Below, in pieces: positions 47,917 through 58,114 of a stretch of 64,000 nucleotides of DNA. This stretch comes from Patescibacteria group bacterium. Lineage in GTDB: Bacteria; Patescibacteriota; Patescibacteriia; UBA10025; JAHIVO01. The notes beneath the pieces were generated by a model. That model ran no database searches, was not told the DNA's origin, and saw only the letters and a list, made by a program, of their open reading frames with translations. The stretch covers positions 221,002 through 285,001 of the forward strand of contig JBMOKY010000001.1 in assembly GCA_049325535.1 (NCBI GenBank), in the 5' to 3' direction. Made by a program: the position numbers and the translations under genes. How positions within the stretch are numbered: position 1 is the stretch's first letter; every line of letters begins with the position of its first letter.

Positions 47917-48156
47917 ATGAACGTTTCGCATCGCACCCTCATCGGGATCGTCACCAGTGACGCCATGGATAAAACAGTGGTTGTTTCGGTACAGTCGGTC
48001 AAGGAACATCCCAAATACCGCAAACAGTATAAAACACATAAAAAATATAAGGCCCATGACAGCAAGAATGAGTATCATGTCGGCGATCGGGTGATGATTC
48101 AGGAAGTGCGCCCCATCAGCCGTGATAAGCGATGGCGGGTAATCAATAAGGCTTAG
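47917..48156 (+). CDS. rpsQ: Ribosomal protein uS17
   Basis: S17 family signature. 79 aa. Confidence 0.85.
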   Translation: MNVSHRTLIGIVTSDAMDKTVVVSVQSVKEHPKYRKQYKTHKKYKAHDSKNEYHVGDRVMIQEVRPISRDKRWRVINKA

Positions 48157-48165
48157 GCGAATACT

Positions 48166-48537
48166 ATGATCCAAGTTCAAACACGATTACAAGTAGCCGA
48201 CAACACCGGTGCCAAGCGCGTTCAGGTCATCAAAGTACGTGGTGGCTATAAACGGCGATATGCCCGTATCGGCGACATCGTCACTGCGGCAGTCAAAGAA
48301 GCGGTGCCGCACGGCATGGTGAAAAAAAGTGAAGTGGTGCATATGGTGATTGTCCGCCAGCGCAAGGAGATGCGCAGGCCCGATGGCTCGTATATCCGTT
48401 TTGATGACAATGCCGGCGTGATTATTGATATGAAGTCAAAAGAACCGAAAGGGACACGTATATTTGGTCCGGTGGCACGCGAGTTGCGCGCTGGTGGCTA
48501 CATGAAGATTATTTCACTTGCCCCCGAGGTACTCTAA
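48166..48537 (+). CDS. rplN: Ribosomal protein uL14
   Basis: [18 protein letters not shown]. Confidence 0.95.
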   Translation: MIQVQTRLQVADNTGAKRVQVIKVRGGYKRRYARIGDIVTAAVKEAVPHGMVKKSEVVHMVIVRQRKEMRRPDGSYIRFDDNAGVIIDMKSKEPKGTRIFGPVARELRAGGYMKIISLAPEVL

Positions 48538-48543
48538 GCTAGA

Positions 48544-48855
48544 ATGAATCTTATTATGCACGTCAAAAAAGGCGACAACGTAAAAATATTAACCGGTAAA
48601 GATCGCGGCAAAAAAGGAAAAGTACTGCAGGTCTTTCCGCAGCTGAACAAAGTAGTGGTCGAAGGGATCAATATGACAGTAAAAAATGTCCGTCCCAAGC
48701 AGCAGGGGCAAAAGGGTCAGGTAGTCCGTTATAATGCCCCCATCCATGCATCAAATGTTCAGCGCGTGAAGGAAGCCGCTCCAGCGCCAGCAAAGAAAAC
48801 GACGCCGGCAAAAGCCGTCGCTGCGAAAAACATGCCCGCTAAAGCTAAAGCATAA
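48544..48855 (+). CDS. rplX: Ribosomal protein uL24
   Basis: KKGDNVKILTGKDRGKKGKVL, a KOW motif. Confidence 0.9.
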   Translation: MNLIMHVKKGDNVKILTGKDRGKKGKVLQVFPQLNKVVVEGINMTVKNVRPKQQGQKGQVVRYNAPIHASNVQRVKEAAPAPAKKTTPAKAVAAKNMPAKAKA

Positions 48856-48857
48856 CC

Positions 48858-49406
48858 ATGTCACGTCTCAAGAAACAATTTAATAGTACTATTGCCCCGC
48901 AGATCCAGAAACAGCTGGGATACCGTAACGTCATGCAGGTGCCGCGAGTAACTAAAATCACCATCAATAGCGGTACTGGTAGGGCACTCCAGGATGAAAA
49001 ATTTCTCGACGTGGTTGAGCGGACTTTGACGCGCATCAGTGGCCAGAAGCCGGTGCGCAACAAAGCACGACAGTCGATTTCAGCTTTCAAGATTCGCGAA
49101 GGAATGATCGTCGGTTTATCCGTCACCTTGCGCGGTACCCGGATGTATGATTTCCTTGATAAGCTCATCAATGTCGCATTGGCTCGTGTCCGTGATTTTC
49201 AGGGGATCGATCCAAAGAGCGTAGACCGGACTGGTAATCTCTCCATCGGTTTCAAAGAACATACCGTATTTCCTGAGATTCGATCCGATGAAGTCGAAAC
49301 TATCCATGGACTTGAGGTTGTCATTACTACCACTGCTCGAACCCATGAGGAAGGTGTGGTGTTACTGACGGCACTGGGTGTCCCATTTAAAAAAGACAAC
49401 GCATAA
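48858..49406 (+). CDS. rplE: Ribosomal protein uL5
   Basis: L5 family signature. 182 aa. Confidence 0.9.
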   Translation: MSRLKKQFNSTIAPQIQKQLGYRNVMQVPRVTKITINSGTGRALQDEKFLDVVERTLTRISGQKPVRNKARQSISAFKIREGMIVGLSVTLRGTRMYDFLDKLINVALARVRDFQGIDPKSVDRTGNLSIGFKEHTVFPEIRSDEVETIHGLEVVITTTARTHEEGVVLLTALGVPFKKDNA

Positions 49407-49414
49407 CCATTCGT

Positions 49415-49600
49415 ATGGCAAAAGAGTCACAAATCGCAAAATCAAGGAAGAAGCCGAAATTTTCCACCCGAAAAGTTCGCCGCTGTTGGCGCTGTGGTAG
49501 AAATCACGGGTACATGCGTGATTTTAATCTCTGTCGAATCTGCTTCCGTGAATTAGCGAACAATGCAGAGATTCCGGGCATCAAGAAGTCGAGCTGGTAA
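49415..49600 (+). CDS. rpsZ: Ribosomal protein uS14, zinc-binding type Z
   Basis: CWRCGRNHGYMRDFNLCRIC. 61 aa. Confidence 0.9.
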   Translation: MAKESQIAKSRKKPKFSTRKVRRCWRCGRNHGYMRDFNLCRICFRELANNAEIPGIKKSSW

Positions 49601-49637
49601 TATTATTTAATCGTTTTATTTCTCTTCCGCATATCGT

Positions 49638-50048
49638 ATGACCGATCCAATTGCAGACATGTTAACCCGAATACGCAATGCCATGATGGCACGGCAGCGT
49701 GAAACAGTGCTTCCGTATTCCCGCGTGAAAATGGAGATTGCCAAGATTTTGGAGCGCGAGGGGTTTGTCAGGGCCGTGGAGCGTGTCGAACCGGCAGCAG
49801 ATGCGCAGGGACGGGCTGCCTTTCCTCAGCTCCGCATCGAACTCAAGTATAAAGAAAATCAGTCGGTGCTCGGTGGTGTGAAACGAATCAGCACCCCTGG
49901 TCGCCGTGTCTACTACGGGTATCGTGAAATCCCAAAAATCCTACCCTCGCTCGGCTTACTTATCATTTCCACTTCCCAGGGCCTCAGGACGAACACAGAA
50001 GCGCGGGAACAAAAGCTCGGTGGAGAAGTAATCTGCGAGGTTTTCTAA
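49638..50048 (+). CDS. rpsH: Ribosomal protein uS8
   Basis: MTDPIADMLTRIRNA. Confidence 0.9.
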   Translation: MTDPIADMLTRIRNAMMARQRETVLPYSRVKMEIAKILEREGFVRAVERVEPAADAQGRAAFPQLRIELKYKENQSVLGGVKRISTPGRRVYYGYREIPKILPSLGLLIISTSQGLRTNTEAREQKLGGEVICEVF

Positions 50049-50054
50049 TAGCAT

Positions 50055-50606
50055 ATGCCACGTATAGGTAAAAAACCAATTACTGTCCCATCGGGTGTCG
50101 AGGTGCGTATCCAGGGGACGCAGGTATCTGTCAAAGGGCCAAAGGGAACTTTGGAACAGCGGCTTGATGAGCGTGTGCACCTGACCTTAGCCGGTGATCA
50201 ATTGACGGTTGCCGTCGATCGTCCTGAAGAAAAAACATCACGTGAACTCTGGGGCACGTCACGGGTTTTGCTAGCCAATATGGTTATTGGTGTTACTCAG
50301 GGATTCACCAAACAATTGGAGATTAATGGTGTGGGGTATCGAGCACAGGCTTCAGGGAAGAAGATTACCCTGAATCTCGGGTATTCTCACCCTATTGAGT
50401 ATACCGTTCCCCAGGAAATCGATGTAAAAGTAGAAAAAAATGTTATTACTATCGCCGGATCCAATAAACAGTTAGTGGGGCATATCGCTGCCCAGATTCG
50501 CGATTTCCGCAAACCAGAACCATACAAAGGGAAGGGAATAAAATATATTGATGAAGTAATCCGCCGTAAGGCAGGCAAGGTAGTGAAGACTGCCGGTGCA
50601 GGATAA
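50055..50606 (+). CDS. rplF: Ribosomal protein uL6
   Basis: L6 family signature. 183 aa. Confidence 0.9.
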   Translation: MPRIGKKPITVPSGVEVRIQGTQVSVKGPKGTLEQRLDERVHLTLAGDQLTVAVDRPEEKTSRELWGTSRVLLANMVIGVTQGFTKQLEINGVGYRAQASGKKITLNLGYSHPIEYTVPQEIDVKVEKNVITIAGSNKQLVGHIAAQIRDFRKPEPYKGKGIKYIDEVIRRKAGKVVKTAGAG

Positions 50607-50612
50607 TAATTT

Positions 50613-50969
50613 ATGAAAAAAACAATTGCATTAAAACGAGCCCGTCGCAGCGCTCGCATCAAGCGGATCCGCGTCCGACTGAGTGGTACAGCTGAGCGAC
50701 CACGGGCGGCGGTGCACCGAAGCTTGCGACATATTAGCGTACAGCTGATTGACGATGTGCATGGCACGACACTGGCCAGTGCCCGCGATACTGAGATATC
50801 GGGCAAAAAAACCAAGACCGAAATCGCGCGAGCTGTAGGGACATTGGTAGCTGAACGGGCACTACAGGCAAAAATTAAAACGGTGGTGTTTGATCGCCGT
50901 GGCAATGCCTATCATGGCCGGGTACAAGCGGTAGCTGATGGTATGCGCGAGAAAGGATTAATATTGTAA
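50613..50969 (+). CDS. rplR: Ribosomal protein uL18
   Basis: L18 family signature. 118 aa. Confidence 0.85.
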   Translation: MKKTIALKRARRSARIKRIRVRLSGTAERPRAAVHRSLRHISVQLIDDVHGTTLASARDTEISGKKTKTEIARAVGTLVAERALQAKIKTVVFDRRGNAYHGRVQAVADGMREKGLIL

Positions 50970-50973
50970 ACGT

Positions 50974-51510
50974 ATGAATACAGTTACGAGGGATCCAAAC
51001 AAGAGAAATAATCAGAATCAGCGTCGTCCGCGTTCCCGTCAGGGTGACCGGGCGGATAAGGAGTTTGATCAGAAAATGATTGAAGTGGCGCGGGTGACCC
51101 GTGTCATGGCTGGTGGTAAACGTATGAGTTTTCGAGCATGCGTTGTGATTGGTGACCACAAAGGCCGTGTCGGTATGGGACTGCGCAAAGGTGCTGACGT
51201 TTCCATCGCAGTCAATAAAGCAGTGGCTGCGGCAAAAAAACAGCTGGTTCGGGTGAAGATTATCAATGATACCATTCCTCATCGCGTCGAGCAGAAATTC
51301 GGTGGCGCCCGCGTCATGCTCAAACCGGCACCAAAAGGCACCGGGATCATTGCTGGCGGTCCCGTCCGGGCAGTATTAGAGCTGGCCGGAGTGAAAAATG
51401 TCGTTTCAAAGATGCTTGGTTCGAAGAGCAAGGCGAATAATGTCTGTGCCACATTGATTGCCCTGGAAAACCTCAAGGATATTAAGCAAATCAAAAACCT
51501 TCGCGCATAA
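50974..51510 (+). CDS. rpsE: Ribosomal protein uS5
   Basis: S5 family signature. 178 aa. uL15 follows directly, so no L30 gene is present. Confidence 0.9.
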   Translation: MNTVTRDPNKRNNQNQRRPRSRQGDRADKEFDQKMIEVARVTRVMAGGKRMSFRACVVIGDHKGRVGMGLRKGADVSIAVNKAVAAAKKQLVRVKIINDTIPHRVEQKFGGARVMLKPAPKGTGIIAGGPVRAVLELAGVKNVVSKMLGSKSKANNVCATLIALENLKDIKQIKNLRA

Positions 51511-51513
51511 CGT

Positions 51514-52005
51514 ATGACACTTTCATTATCACAATTACAGAAGCCGCAACAGCGCCGGTCACGCCGGGTGGGTCGTGGCAATGGCTCGGGTCGTGGCACC
51601 TACTCAGGTCGCGGGCTCAAGGGTCAAAAATCACGGTCCGGCGGCACCAATAAGCTGAAACGGCGCGGAGTAAAACAATTCCTCCAGCAAATTCCTAAGT
51701 CGCGCGGGTTTCAAAGTCCGTATTCCGGACACACCGGGGTAAATATCCACCAGCTAGAGAAAGTCTTTACTGACGGCAGCCAGGTGAATCCATCGCGGAT
51801 GTTCCAGCTGGGTTTGGTCAAGAGCGTGAGAATGATAAAGATCCTTGGAAGCGGTACGCTGAGCAAAAAATTAGCTGTCCGCGCGCACGCCTTTTCGGCC
51901 AGTGCCCGTGAAGCCATTACCAAGGCAGGGGGAACCGCAGAGGTTATTCATATCGTGAGGTCAGCCCCCAAAAAACACCAAGAGCGAAAACAAGAAGCCG
52001 CTTAG
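51514..52005 (+). CDS. rplO: Ribosomal protein uL15
   Basis: L15 family signature. 163 aa. Confidence 0.85.
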   Translation: MTLSLSQLQKPQQRRSRRVGRGNGSGRGTYSGRGLKGQKSRSGGTNKLKRRGVKQFLQQIPKSRGFQSPYSGHTGVNIHQLEKVFTDGSQVNPSRMFQLGLVKSVRMIKILGSGTLSKKLAVRAHAFSASAREAITKAGGTAEVIHIVRSAPKKHQERKQEAA

Positions 52006-52020
52006 TGAAATATTAATTCT

Positions 52021-53295
52021 ATGTGGGAAAAGCTGAGACAGCTCTGGAAGATTAAAGATCTGCGCAATAAGATTCTTTTTGTGCTGGGTATGTTATTTAT
52101 TTTCCGGGTAGTTGCGCACATTCCCATTCCGGGTGTCAATTTGGAAAATTTACAGAACTTTTTTCAGTCGAACCAGCTACTCGGCCTGCTGAATATTTTT
52201 TCTGGCGGTGGCATGGAAAATTTTTCTGTGGTCATGCTGGGTATCTCACCATACATTACGGCCTCAATCATATTCCAACTGCTGACCATGGTCATCCCCA
52301 AACTGGAAGAGATGCAAAAGGAAGGCGAGGCCGGCCGGGCAAAATTGAATCAGTATCAGCGCTTATTGACCGTGCCATTAGCCGCTTTGTCAGCGTATGG
52401 CATGATTACTTTTTTGAATCAATCCGGCCAGGGCATCATTGCCGATATGGGCATGTACCAGCTGATTGTCACTATTATTACTATCACAGGTGGTACCATG
52501 TTCCTGATGTGGATCGGGGAATTGATCACGGAGAAAAAGATTGGCAATGGCATCTCATTGCTCATTTTTGCCGGAATCGTCGCCCGCGCTCCTATTTCAG
52601 TACAGCAGACAATCGCGACATTTGATCCGTCTCAACTCCCGCTATACATCGCATTTTTAGTGGTTGGGGTAATTACGATCGCCGCGGTGGTCATCGTTAC
52701 TGAAGGCAAACGCAATATTCCCGTGTCATATGCCAAACGTATTCGCGGTATGCGCATGTATGGCGGGGTCAATACCCATTTGCCTTTGCGGGTAAACCAA
52801 GCCGGCGTTATCCCGATCATTTTTGCCGTGTCGATAGTCCTCTTTCCTCCGATGATTGCTCAATTTTTTGTAAATTCACCAGTTGCCTGGTTGGCGGGCG
52901 CGGCCGCGTTTATTGTGTCAGTATTTGCCAATCAATTATTCTATGGTGTGCTGTATTTTATTCTGGTTGTAGCTTTTACGTATTTTTATACCGCAGTGGT
53001 TTTTCACCCGACACAGATTGCTGAGAATCTGCAGAAGCAGGGTGGGTTTATTCCGGGGATCCGACCCGGTCACCCCACCTCGGATTTTCTGAGCTATGTC
53101 AGCAACCGGATCATCCTCGGGGGAGCCCTGTTCCTCGGTATCGTGGCTATACTGCCAAATGTAGTACAGGCTGCCACCGGAATTCAATCGCTGGTCATCG
53201 GCGGCACCGGGTTATTGATCGTAGTTTCAGTGGTGATCGAGATCGTCAAACAGGTAGAATCGCAGTTGGTGATGCGGAACTACGAGGGGTTTTAG
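52021..53295 (+). CDS. secY: Preprotein translocase SecY
   Basis: 10-TM SecY signature. 424 aa. Confidence 0.9.
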   Translation: MWEKLRQLWKIKDLRNKILFVLGMLFIFRVVAHIPIPGVNLENLQNFFQSNQLLGLLNIFSGGGMENFSVVMLGISPYITASIIFQLLTMVIPKLEEMQKEGEAGRAKLNQYQRLLTVPLAALSAYGMITFLNQSGQGIIADMGMYQLIVTIITITGGTMFLMWIGELITEKKIGNGISLLIFAGIVARAPISVQQTIATFDPSQLPLYIAFLVVGVITIAAVVIVTEGKRNIPVSYAKRIRGMRMYGGVNTHLPLRVNQAGVIPIIFAVSIVLFPPMIAQFFVNSPVAWLAGAAAFIVSVFANQLFYGVLYFILVVAFTYFYTAVVFHPTQIAENLQKQGGFIPGIRPGHPTSDFLSYVSNRIILGGALFLGIVAILPNVVQAATGIQSLVIGGTGLLIVVSVVIEIVKQVESQLVMRNYEGF

Positions 53296-53381
53296 TATCA
53301 CCGTAAGCCGTAACGAAGTGACGGGTCGCCGGGCAGTATTCAGCGCTCGTTTTTTTATGTGATATTGAGTATACTACCAAT

Positions 53382-53957
53382 ATGCGACATCAATTGTATA
53401 CTATGGTAATCCTCGGGCCCCAGGGTTCGGGCAAGGGAACACAGGCGGAAATATTAGCACGTCGTTTCCACCTCCACCATATAGATATGGGCCAGCTCTT
53501 GCGTCGGTTCGTCCGTAGTCGCCATCCACAGGCAGCGCGCGTCCGCCAGATAATGAATGAGGGTCGCGGACTTGTCCCGAGCAGCCTGGTCATTCAAATC
53601 CTTCATCAAGCGGTGCGCCGTATTCCGGCGTCACAGGGCTTACTGTTCGATGGTTTTCCGCGTAATGGCGTCCAGGCGCGGGCGCTGGACCGGCTGCTCC
53701 GACAGCAGCACCGGACCATAACCCATGTGTTCTACTTGCCGATTTCCGCAGCCACAACGGTACGTCGGCTGGCTTTGCGGCATCGGGAAGATGATACGCC
53801 GACGGCGATTCGGCGCCGGTTGGCTACTTACCGCAAGCAGACGAAACCAATAATCGCGTATTACCGTACTCGGGGTGTGCTCATTACGGTCAATGGTGAA
53901 CCGGCCATACCAATTGTTACCCGATCCATTATGAAGTACATAGCATCCCGATCATGA
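53382..53957 (+). CDS. adk: Adenylate kinase (short lid, Arg-rich)
   Basis: ILGPQGSGKGTQ P-loop and LRHREDDTPTAIRRRL. Confidence 0.8.
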   Translation: MRHQLYTMVILGPQGSGKGTQAEILARRFHLHHIDMGQLLRRFVRSRHPQAARVRQIMNEGRGLVPSSLVIQILHQAVRRIPASQGLLFDGFPRNGVQARALDRLLRQQHRTITHVFYLPISAATTVRRLALRHREDDTPTAIRRRLATYRKQTKPIIAYYRTRGVLITVNGEPAIPIVTRSIMKYIASRS

Positions 53958-54700
53958 AACTAAAGACCGAGCGGGAAATCAAAATACTACGGGAGGGTGG
54001 TAAGCGTTTGGCACATGTCATCGGAGTGGTGGCCCAAGCGGTGGCTCCGGGCGTGGCCACGGCGGAGCTTGATGCAATCGCCGAACGTGAAATTAACCGT
54101 CTTGACTGTCGTCCTGCGTTTAAAGGGTACAGCGGATATCCGGCTACCGCTTGCGTATCAGTCAATAATCAGGTGGTCCATGGCATCCCCCAGGCTGATA
54201 TTTTTTTAGAAACTGGCGACATTGTCGGCATCGATCTCGGGTTGGTATACGAAAAACTTTATACTGATATGGCATTGACCGTGCCGGTGGGCGTGGTTTC
54301 TGATCGAGCCGCACAGCTGATCGATGCTACCCGCATCGCCCTGGAGCGGGGGATCGCCGCTGCCCAGCCGGGCGGCCGGGTAGGCGATATCGGACACGCG
54401 GTAGAGTCATACGCCACCAGCCGGGGTTTTAGCGTGGTGCGACAGCTGGTTGGCCATGGGGTGGGGTATCAGGTGCATGAGCCGCCGCAGGTTCCGAATT
54501 ATGGCCGGTCTGGTACTGGCCCGGAGCTGGCACCTGGTTTGGTGATTGCCATCGAGCCGATGCTGAATTTGGGAACGGCGGATGTGGAAACGCTTGAAGA
54601 CGGATGGACAATCGTGACCACGGATGGGGAATGGTCAGCGCATTTTGAACATACCATTGCCATTACCCGCCAGGGGCCGCTCATCATTACTGCACCATAG
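53954..54700 (+). CDS. map: Methionine aminopeptidase type I
   Basis: Pita-bread fold metal ligands (D..D..H..E..E pattern). 248 aa. Confidence 0.85.
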   Translation: MKLKTEREIKILREGGKRLAHVIGVVAQAVAPGVATAELDAIAEREINRLDCRPAFKGYSGYPATACVSVNNQVVHGIPQADIFLETGDIVGIDLGLVYEKLYTDMALTVPVGVVSDRAAQLIDATRIALERGIAAAQPGGRVGDIGHAVESYATSRGFSVVRQLVGHGVGYQVHEPPQVPNYGRSGTGPELAPGLVIAIEPMLNLGTADVETLEDGWTIVTTDGEWSAHFEHTIAITRQGPLIITAP

Positions 54701-54702
54701 CT

Positions 54703-55128
54703 ATGGCGCGCATCCTCGGTATCGATTATGGATTACAGCGTGTCGGGGTAGCTATTTCAGATGAATCAAATAATTCAGCTTTTCCCCGCACGACCCTCCA
54801 GCGCACAGACGATCAGTCAATTATTGCTCGACTGCAGACCATGTGTGATACGGACGATATCGGTACGATAGTACTGGGTCTGCCGCTCGACCAGCATGGG
54901 GAGGAGGGACCGATGGCACAAACGGTACGCGCATTTGGAGTGGCGCTGAGCCAGGCGACCGGAGTACACGTCGCCTATCAGGATGAACGGCTGACCTCCC
55001 GACTATCCACTCAGTTGCTGCACGGGGCGGGCCGTTCTGCTCGTCAGCAGCGCGGCGGGCAGACCGATGCTATAGCAGCGCAGCAAATATTACAAACCTA
55101 TCTTGATCGATGCCATGAATCTGCTTAG
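54703..55128 (+). CDS. ruvX: YqgF/RuvX Holliday-junction resolvase-like nuclease
   Basis: MARILGIDYGLQRVGVAISD. Confidence 0.8.
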   Translation: MARILGIDYGLQRVGVAISDESNNSAFPRTTLQRTDDQSIIARLQTMCDTDDIGTIVLGLPLDQHGEEGPMAQTVRAFGVALSQATGVHVAYQDERLTSRLSTQLLHGAGRSARQQRGGQTDAIAAQQILQTYLDRCHESA

Positions 55129-56233
55129 CACCAGCGCGTATATCATGCCGTTTGTCATATCCGTGGCGGTTGCTGTGGGGATGACGGTTGTGGTCCGCTG
55201 GTGGGCCGTGCGGCAGGGTATTGTTGATCGACCCGAGACCGCACCAGAGCGCAAATTACAGCCCGCGCCGGTACCATTACTTGGCGGCTTGGCGATTTTC
55301 ATTACGTTGGTTATAGTAGTCGGCGGGTATGCGGTTTTTTCTGATCGGCTACTCGGCGGGTATTTGCATCCAAAATACCTTTGGGGCATGTTCCTGGCTG
55401 GGGGGCTGCTCATGTTGGGTGGGTATCTGGACGATCGATATAACCGTTCACCGGCAAAACAGATCATATGGCCGATACTGGCTACTCTGGTGGTCATCGC
55501 TTCGGGGATTGGCGTGACCTACATAACCAATCCCCTTGGTGGGGTTCTATATCTTGATGGCTGGAATATAAAAATTTTTTCGCTGGGCGGAATACCCTAT
55601 TTCATCGTCATTGCGGCAGACCTGTTTACCCTGGTTTGGTTGATGGGCATGATGTATACTACGAAATTTCTCGACGGGCTGGACGGGCTTGTTTCGGGCA
55701 TCACGACTATTGGCGCCATCGTACTTTTTTTTCTGAGTATTCATCAGGAAGTTGCCCAACCAGAGACGGCGCTGCTTGCGGTGATTTTGGCAGGTGCCTG
55801 TGTCGGATTTTTATTGTTTAATTTCCATCCGGCAAAAATGTATTTGGGTGAGGGAGGAAGTTTACTCACTGGCTTCATGCTCGGGGTACTTGCCATCATT
55901 TCTGGAGCAAAAATTGCCACCGCCGTACTGATTATGGGTATACCGATACTGGATGTCGCCTGGGTAATCGTCCGCCGTCTGTGGCGCGGTGCATCACCCT
56001 TCCGTACGGCTGACACCACGCATCTCCATTTTCGCCTGATGGATGCCGGCTTATCACATCGACAGGTAGTGCTGCTGCTGTACGTTTTGACCGCGGCTTT
56101 TGGCGGTACAGCCATATTCCTCAGCAATAGCCAGGAGAAATTTACCGCGCTACTTGTTTTATGTGGGGTGATGATTGTACTTGGCGTGCTGATCGTAGTA
56201 CAATACCGACATAAGCACCGTAACACGCCATAG
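55103..56233 (+). CDS. MraY/WecA-family polyprenyl-phosphate sugar-1-phosphate transferase
   Basis: YLDDRYN and KFLDGLDGLVSGIT motifs. About 10 TM helices. Confidence 0.8.
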   Translation: MIDAMNLLSTSAYIMPFVISVAVAVGMTVVVRWWAVRQGIVDRPETAPERKLQPAPVPLLGGLAIFITLVIVVGGYAVFSDRLLGGYLHPKYLWGMFLAGGLLMLGGYLDDRYNRSPAKQIIWPILATLVVIASGIGVTYITNPLGGVLYLDGWNIKIFSLGGIPYFIVIAADLFTLVWLMGMMYTTKFLDGLDGLVSGITTIGAIVLFFLSIHQEVAQPETALLAVILAGACVGFLLFNFHPAKMYLGEGGSLLTGFMLGVLAIISGAKIATAVLIMGIPILDVAWVIVRRLWRGASPFRTADTTHLHFRLMDAGLSHRQVVLLLYVLTAAFGGTAIFLSNSQEKFTALLVLCGVMIVLGVLIVVQYRHKHRNTP

Positions 56234-56234
56234 T

Positions 56235-56717
56235 ATGAACAAGCGAAGCATGTGGACGTTTGTGATGATTGCGGCGATTTTGGTGATGATACTCTGGGCG
56301 GTTGGCGGGTGGCGAATTACCGATTATGTCCCCTATTACTGGAAGTGGGTTGTCGGGCAGACGGCAACAGTACAGATTGGCCCGAGTGTCGTCCATGCGG
56401 AGGTGGCGGCGAGTCAGGATGCTCAAATAGCCGGTTTATCCGGGCGGTCATATCTGCCGATCGATCGAGGTATGCTTTTTACCTTTGCTACGCCCGGGTC
56501 ATACGCATTTACGATGCGGGGTATGGAGTTCCCCTTGGACATTATTTGGATTAATCAGGGGACTATCGTTCACATCGCGCACCGAGTCCCCCCGGGGCAG
56601 GAGACCATCGATCCGGGGGTGACCGCTACTGAGGTGCTCGAGGTGCGTTCTGGCACTGCCCGGGGCGCCGGCTGGAGGGTTGGCGATTCCGTGGCAATCA
56701 CTTTTGACAAAAAATAG
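56235..56717 (+). CDS. DUF192-family protein with N-terminal membrane anchor
   Basis: GMLFTFATPGSYAFTMRGMEFPLDIIWIN matches the DUF192 core. Confidence 0.6.
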   Translation: MNKRSMWTFVMIAAILVMILWAVGGWRITDYVPYYWKWVVGQTATVQIGPSVVHAEVAASQDAQIAGLSGRSYLPIDRGMLFTFATPGSYAFTMRGMEFPLDIIWINQGTIVHIAHRVPPGQETIDPGVTATEVLEVRSGTARGAGWRVGDSVAITFDKK

Positions 56718-56805
56718 GCACTTTGCTAGTATTGGTGATACCTATGGAGTCAGCATGGGTCTTGATTGATGATTGCATTACTACCATTTTATATTAATTT
56801 CGATT

Positions 56806-57126
56806 ATGAAATTTGCCATTATCCGTACCGGCGGAAAACAGTATCCGGTTCATGAGGGGCGTCAGATTACCATAGAAAAACTTCCCACCGCTGCGGGTAA
56901 AAGCGTGACATTTTCTGATGTGTTGCTGTATGCAGACGGCAAGCAAACCGTGCTCGGCACCCCGAAAGTAGCGCAAGCGTCAGTGACCGGTACGGTTGTC
57001 GTGCAGCAGCGGGCGCCGAAGGTTCGCGTTGTGAAGTATAAAAATAAAACCCGCTACCGCCGCGTTATCGGCCACCGTCAGTATCAGACGAAGGTCAAGA
57101 TTGAGAAGATATCACACAGCGCATAA
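56806..57126 (+). CDS. rplU: Ribosomal protein bL21
   Basis: MKFAIIRTGGKQYPVHEGRQI. The track ORF begins earlier at 56773. Confidence 0.85.
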   Translation: MKFAIIRTGGKQYPVHEGRQITIEKLPTAAGKSVTFSDVLLYADGKQTVLGTPKVAQASVTGTVVVQQRAPKVRVVKYKNKTRYRRVIGHRQYQTKVKIEKISHSA

Positions 57127-57134
57127 TTCTATAC

Positions 57135-57166
57135 AAAAAATCGCTTCCATCCGGAGCGATTTTTTA
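57135..57166. terminator. Bidirectional rho-independent terminator between rplU (+) and recR (-)
   Basis: aaaaaa atcgcttc catcc ggagcgat tttttt, with A-tract and T-tract flanks. Confidence 0.65.
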
Positions 57167-57184
57167 GTCGCACGAAATACCTGA

Positions 57185-57790
57185 TTACATCTTTTGTCGG
57201 CCTTTGAGCGCGTTGGAGATAGTTACTTCGTCGGCATATTCGATAGTTGCGCCCATGGGCAGGCCTTTGGCGAGGCGACTGATGGTAATCGGCAATGATC
57301 TGAGCTGGCGATGGAGGTACATGGCAGTTGATTCGCCCTCAAGGTCTGGATTGGTAGCGATGATCACTTCGCGAATCGGAGGGGTGCTGTTTTTGATGCG
57401 GTCGATCAGTGAAGCGATACGCAGTTTGTCTGGTGTCATATTATCCGCTGGATCGATTACCCCGCCCAGTACATGGTAGCGTCCACGGAAATCCCCAGAT
57501 TTATCGATAATGGTGATATCCTGCGGTTCAGCTACGATGCAGAGCAGGGTGGTATCACGCGCTGAATCATTACAAATATGGCAGGGATTCTGCACGGCGA
57601 TATTGCCGCATTGATCACACACGCGGATTTCGCTGCGGATGCGGGTGAGCTGCGTCACCAGTGTATCAATCGGCCCCGAACCATTTTTTACCAAATAAAA
57701 AACTAGGCGCTCGGCGGATTTAGGACCCAATCCCGGCAGTCGAGCGAGGCTGGCGATTGCTTGTTTGATTTGTTCGGGGTAGTCAGTCAT
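57185..57790 (-). CDS. recR: Recombination protein RecR
   Basis: C4 zinc finger CDQCGNIAVQNPCHIC and Toprim domain. Confidence 0.9.
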   Translation of the reverse strand: MTDYPEQIKQAIASLARLPGLGPKSAERLVFYLVKNGSGPIDTLVTQLTRIRSEIRVCDQCGNIAVQNPCHICNDSARDTTLLCIVAEPQDITIIDKSGDFRGRYHVLGGVIDPADNMTPDKLRIASLIDRIKNSTPPIREVIIATNPDLEGESTAMYLHRQLRSLPITISRLAKGLPMGATIEYADEVTISNALKGRQKM

Positions 57791-58087
57791 TTACATGCCC
57801 GGCATATTCAGTCCGCCCATACTTTGCATCTTGTGCGCCATGACCCGTTGCGCTTTTTTGATAGCGTCATTCGTCACCTCGCGCACCGCCTGTTCCAGGT
57901 CGGCTTTCCGGTCAGCGGTCAGGAGCTCCTCGGCGATCTCTACACTCAGCACTTCCTGGTTGCCATCCATCACCATCTGCACTGAACCATGAGCAGCATC
58001 GGCGTGGACCGTTTCTTCGCGCAGGGCGGTTTTGATCTGCTGAGCCTGGTCGCGGAGATGTTTCAGGTCTTTGATCTTATTGAACAT
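57791..58087 (-). CDS. ybaB: YbaB/EbfC nucleoid-associated protein
   Basis: 98 aa. YbaB family signature. Adjacent to recR. Confidence 0.85.
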   Translation of the reverse strand: MFNKIKDLKHLRDQAQQIKTALREETVHADAAHGSVQMVMDGNQEVLSVEIAEELLTADRKADLEQAVREVTNDAIKKAQRVMAHKMQSMGGLNMPGM

Positions 58088-58114
58088 ACGGTCAGTACGT
58101 ATTAGATGTTTTTT

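Noticed and set aside
50387-51282. Minus-strand ORFs (172 aa, 135 aa) across rplF-rplR-rpsE
   Set aside because: Antisense to contiguous conserved ribosomal protein genes.
55744-56226. 160-aa minus-strand ORF
   Set aside because: Antisense inside the MraY/WecA-family transferase gene.
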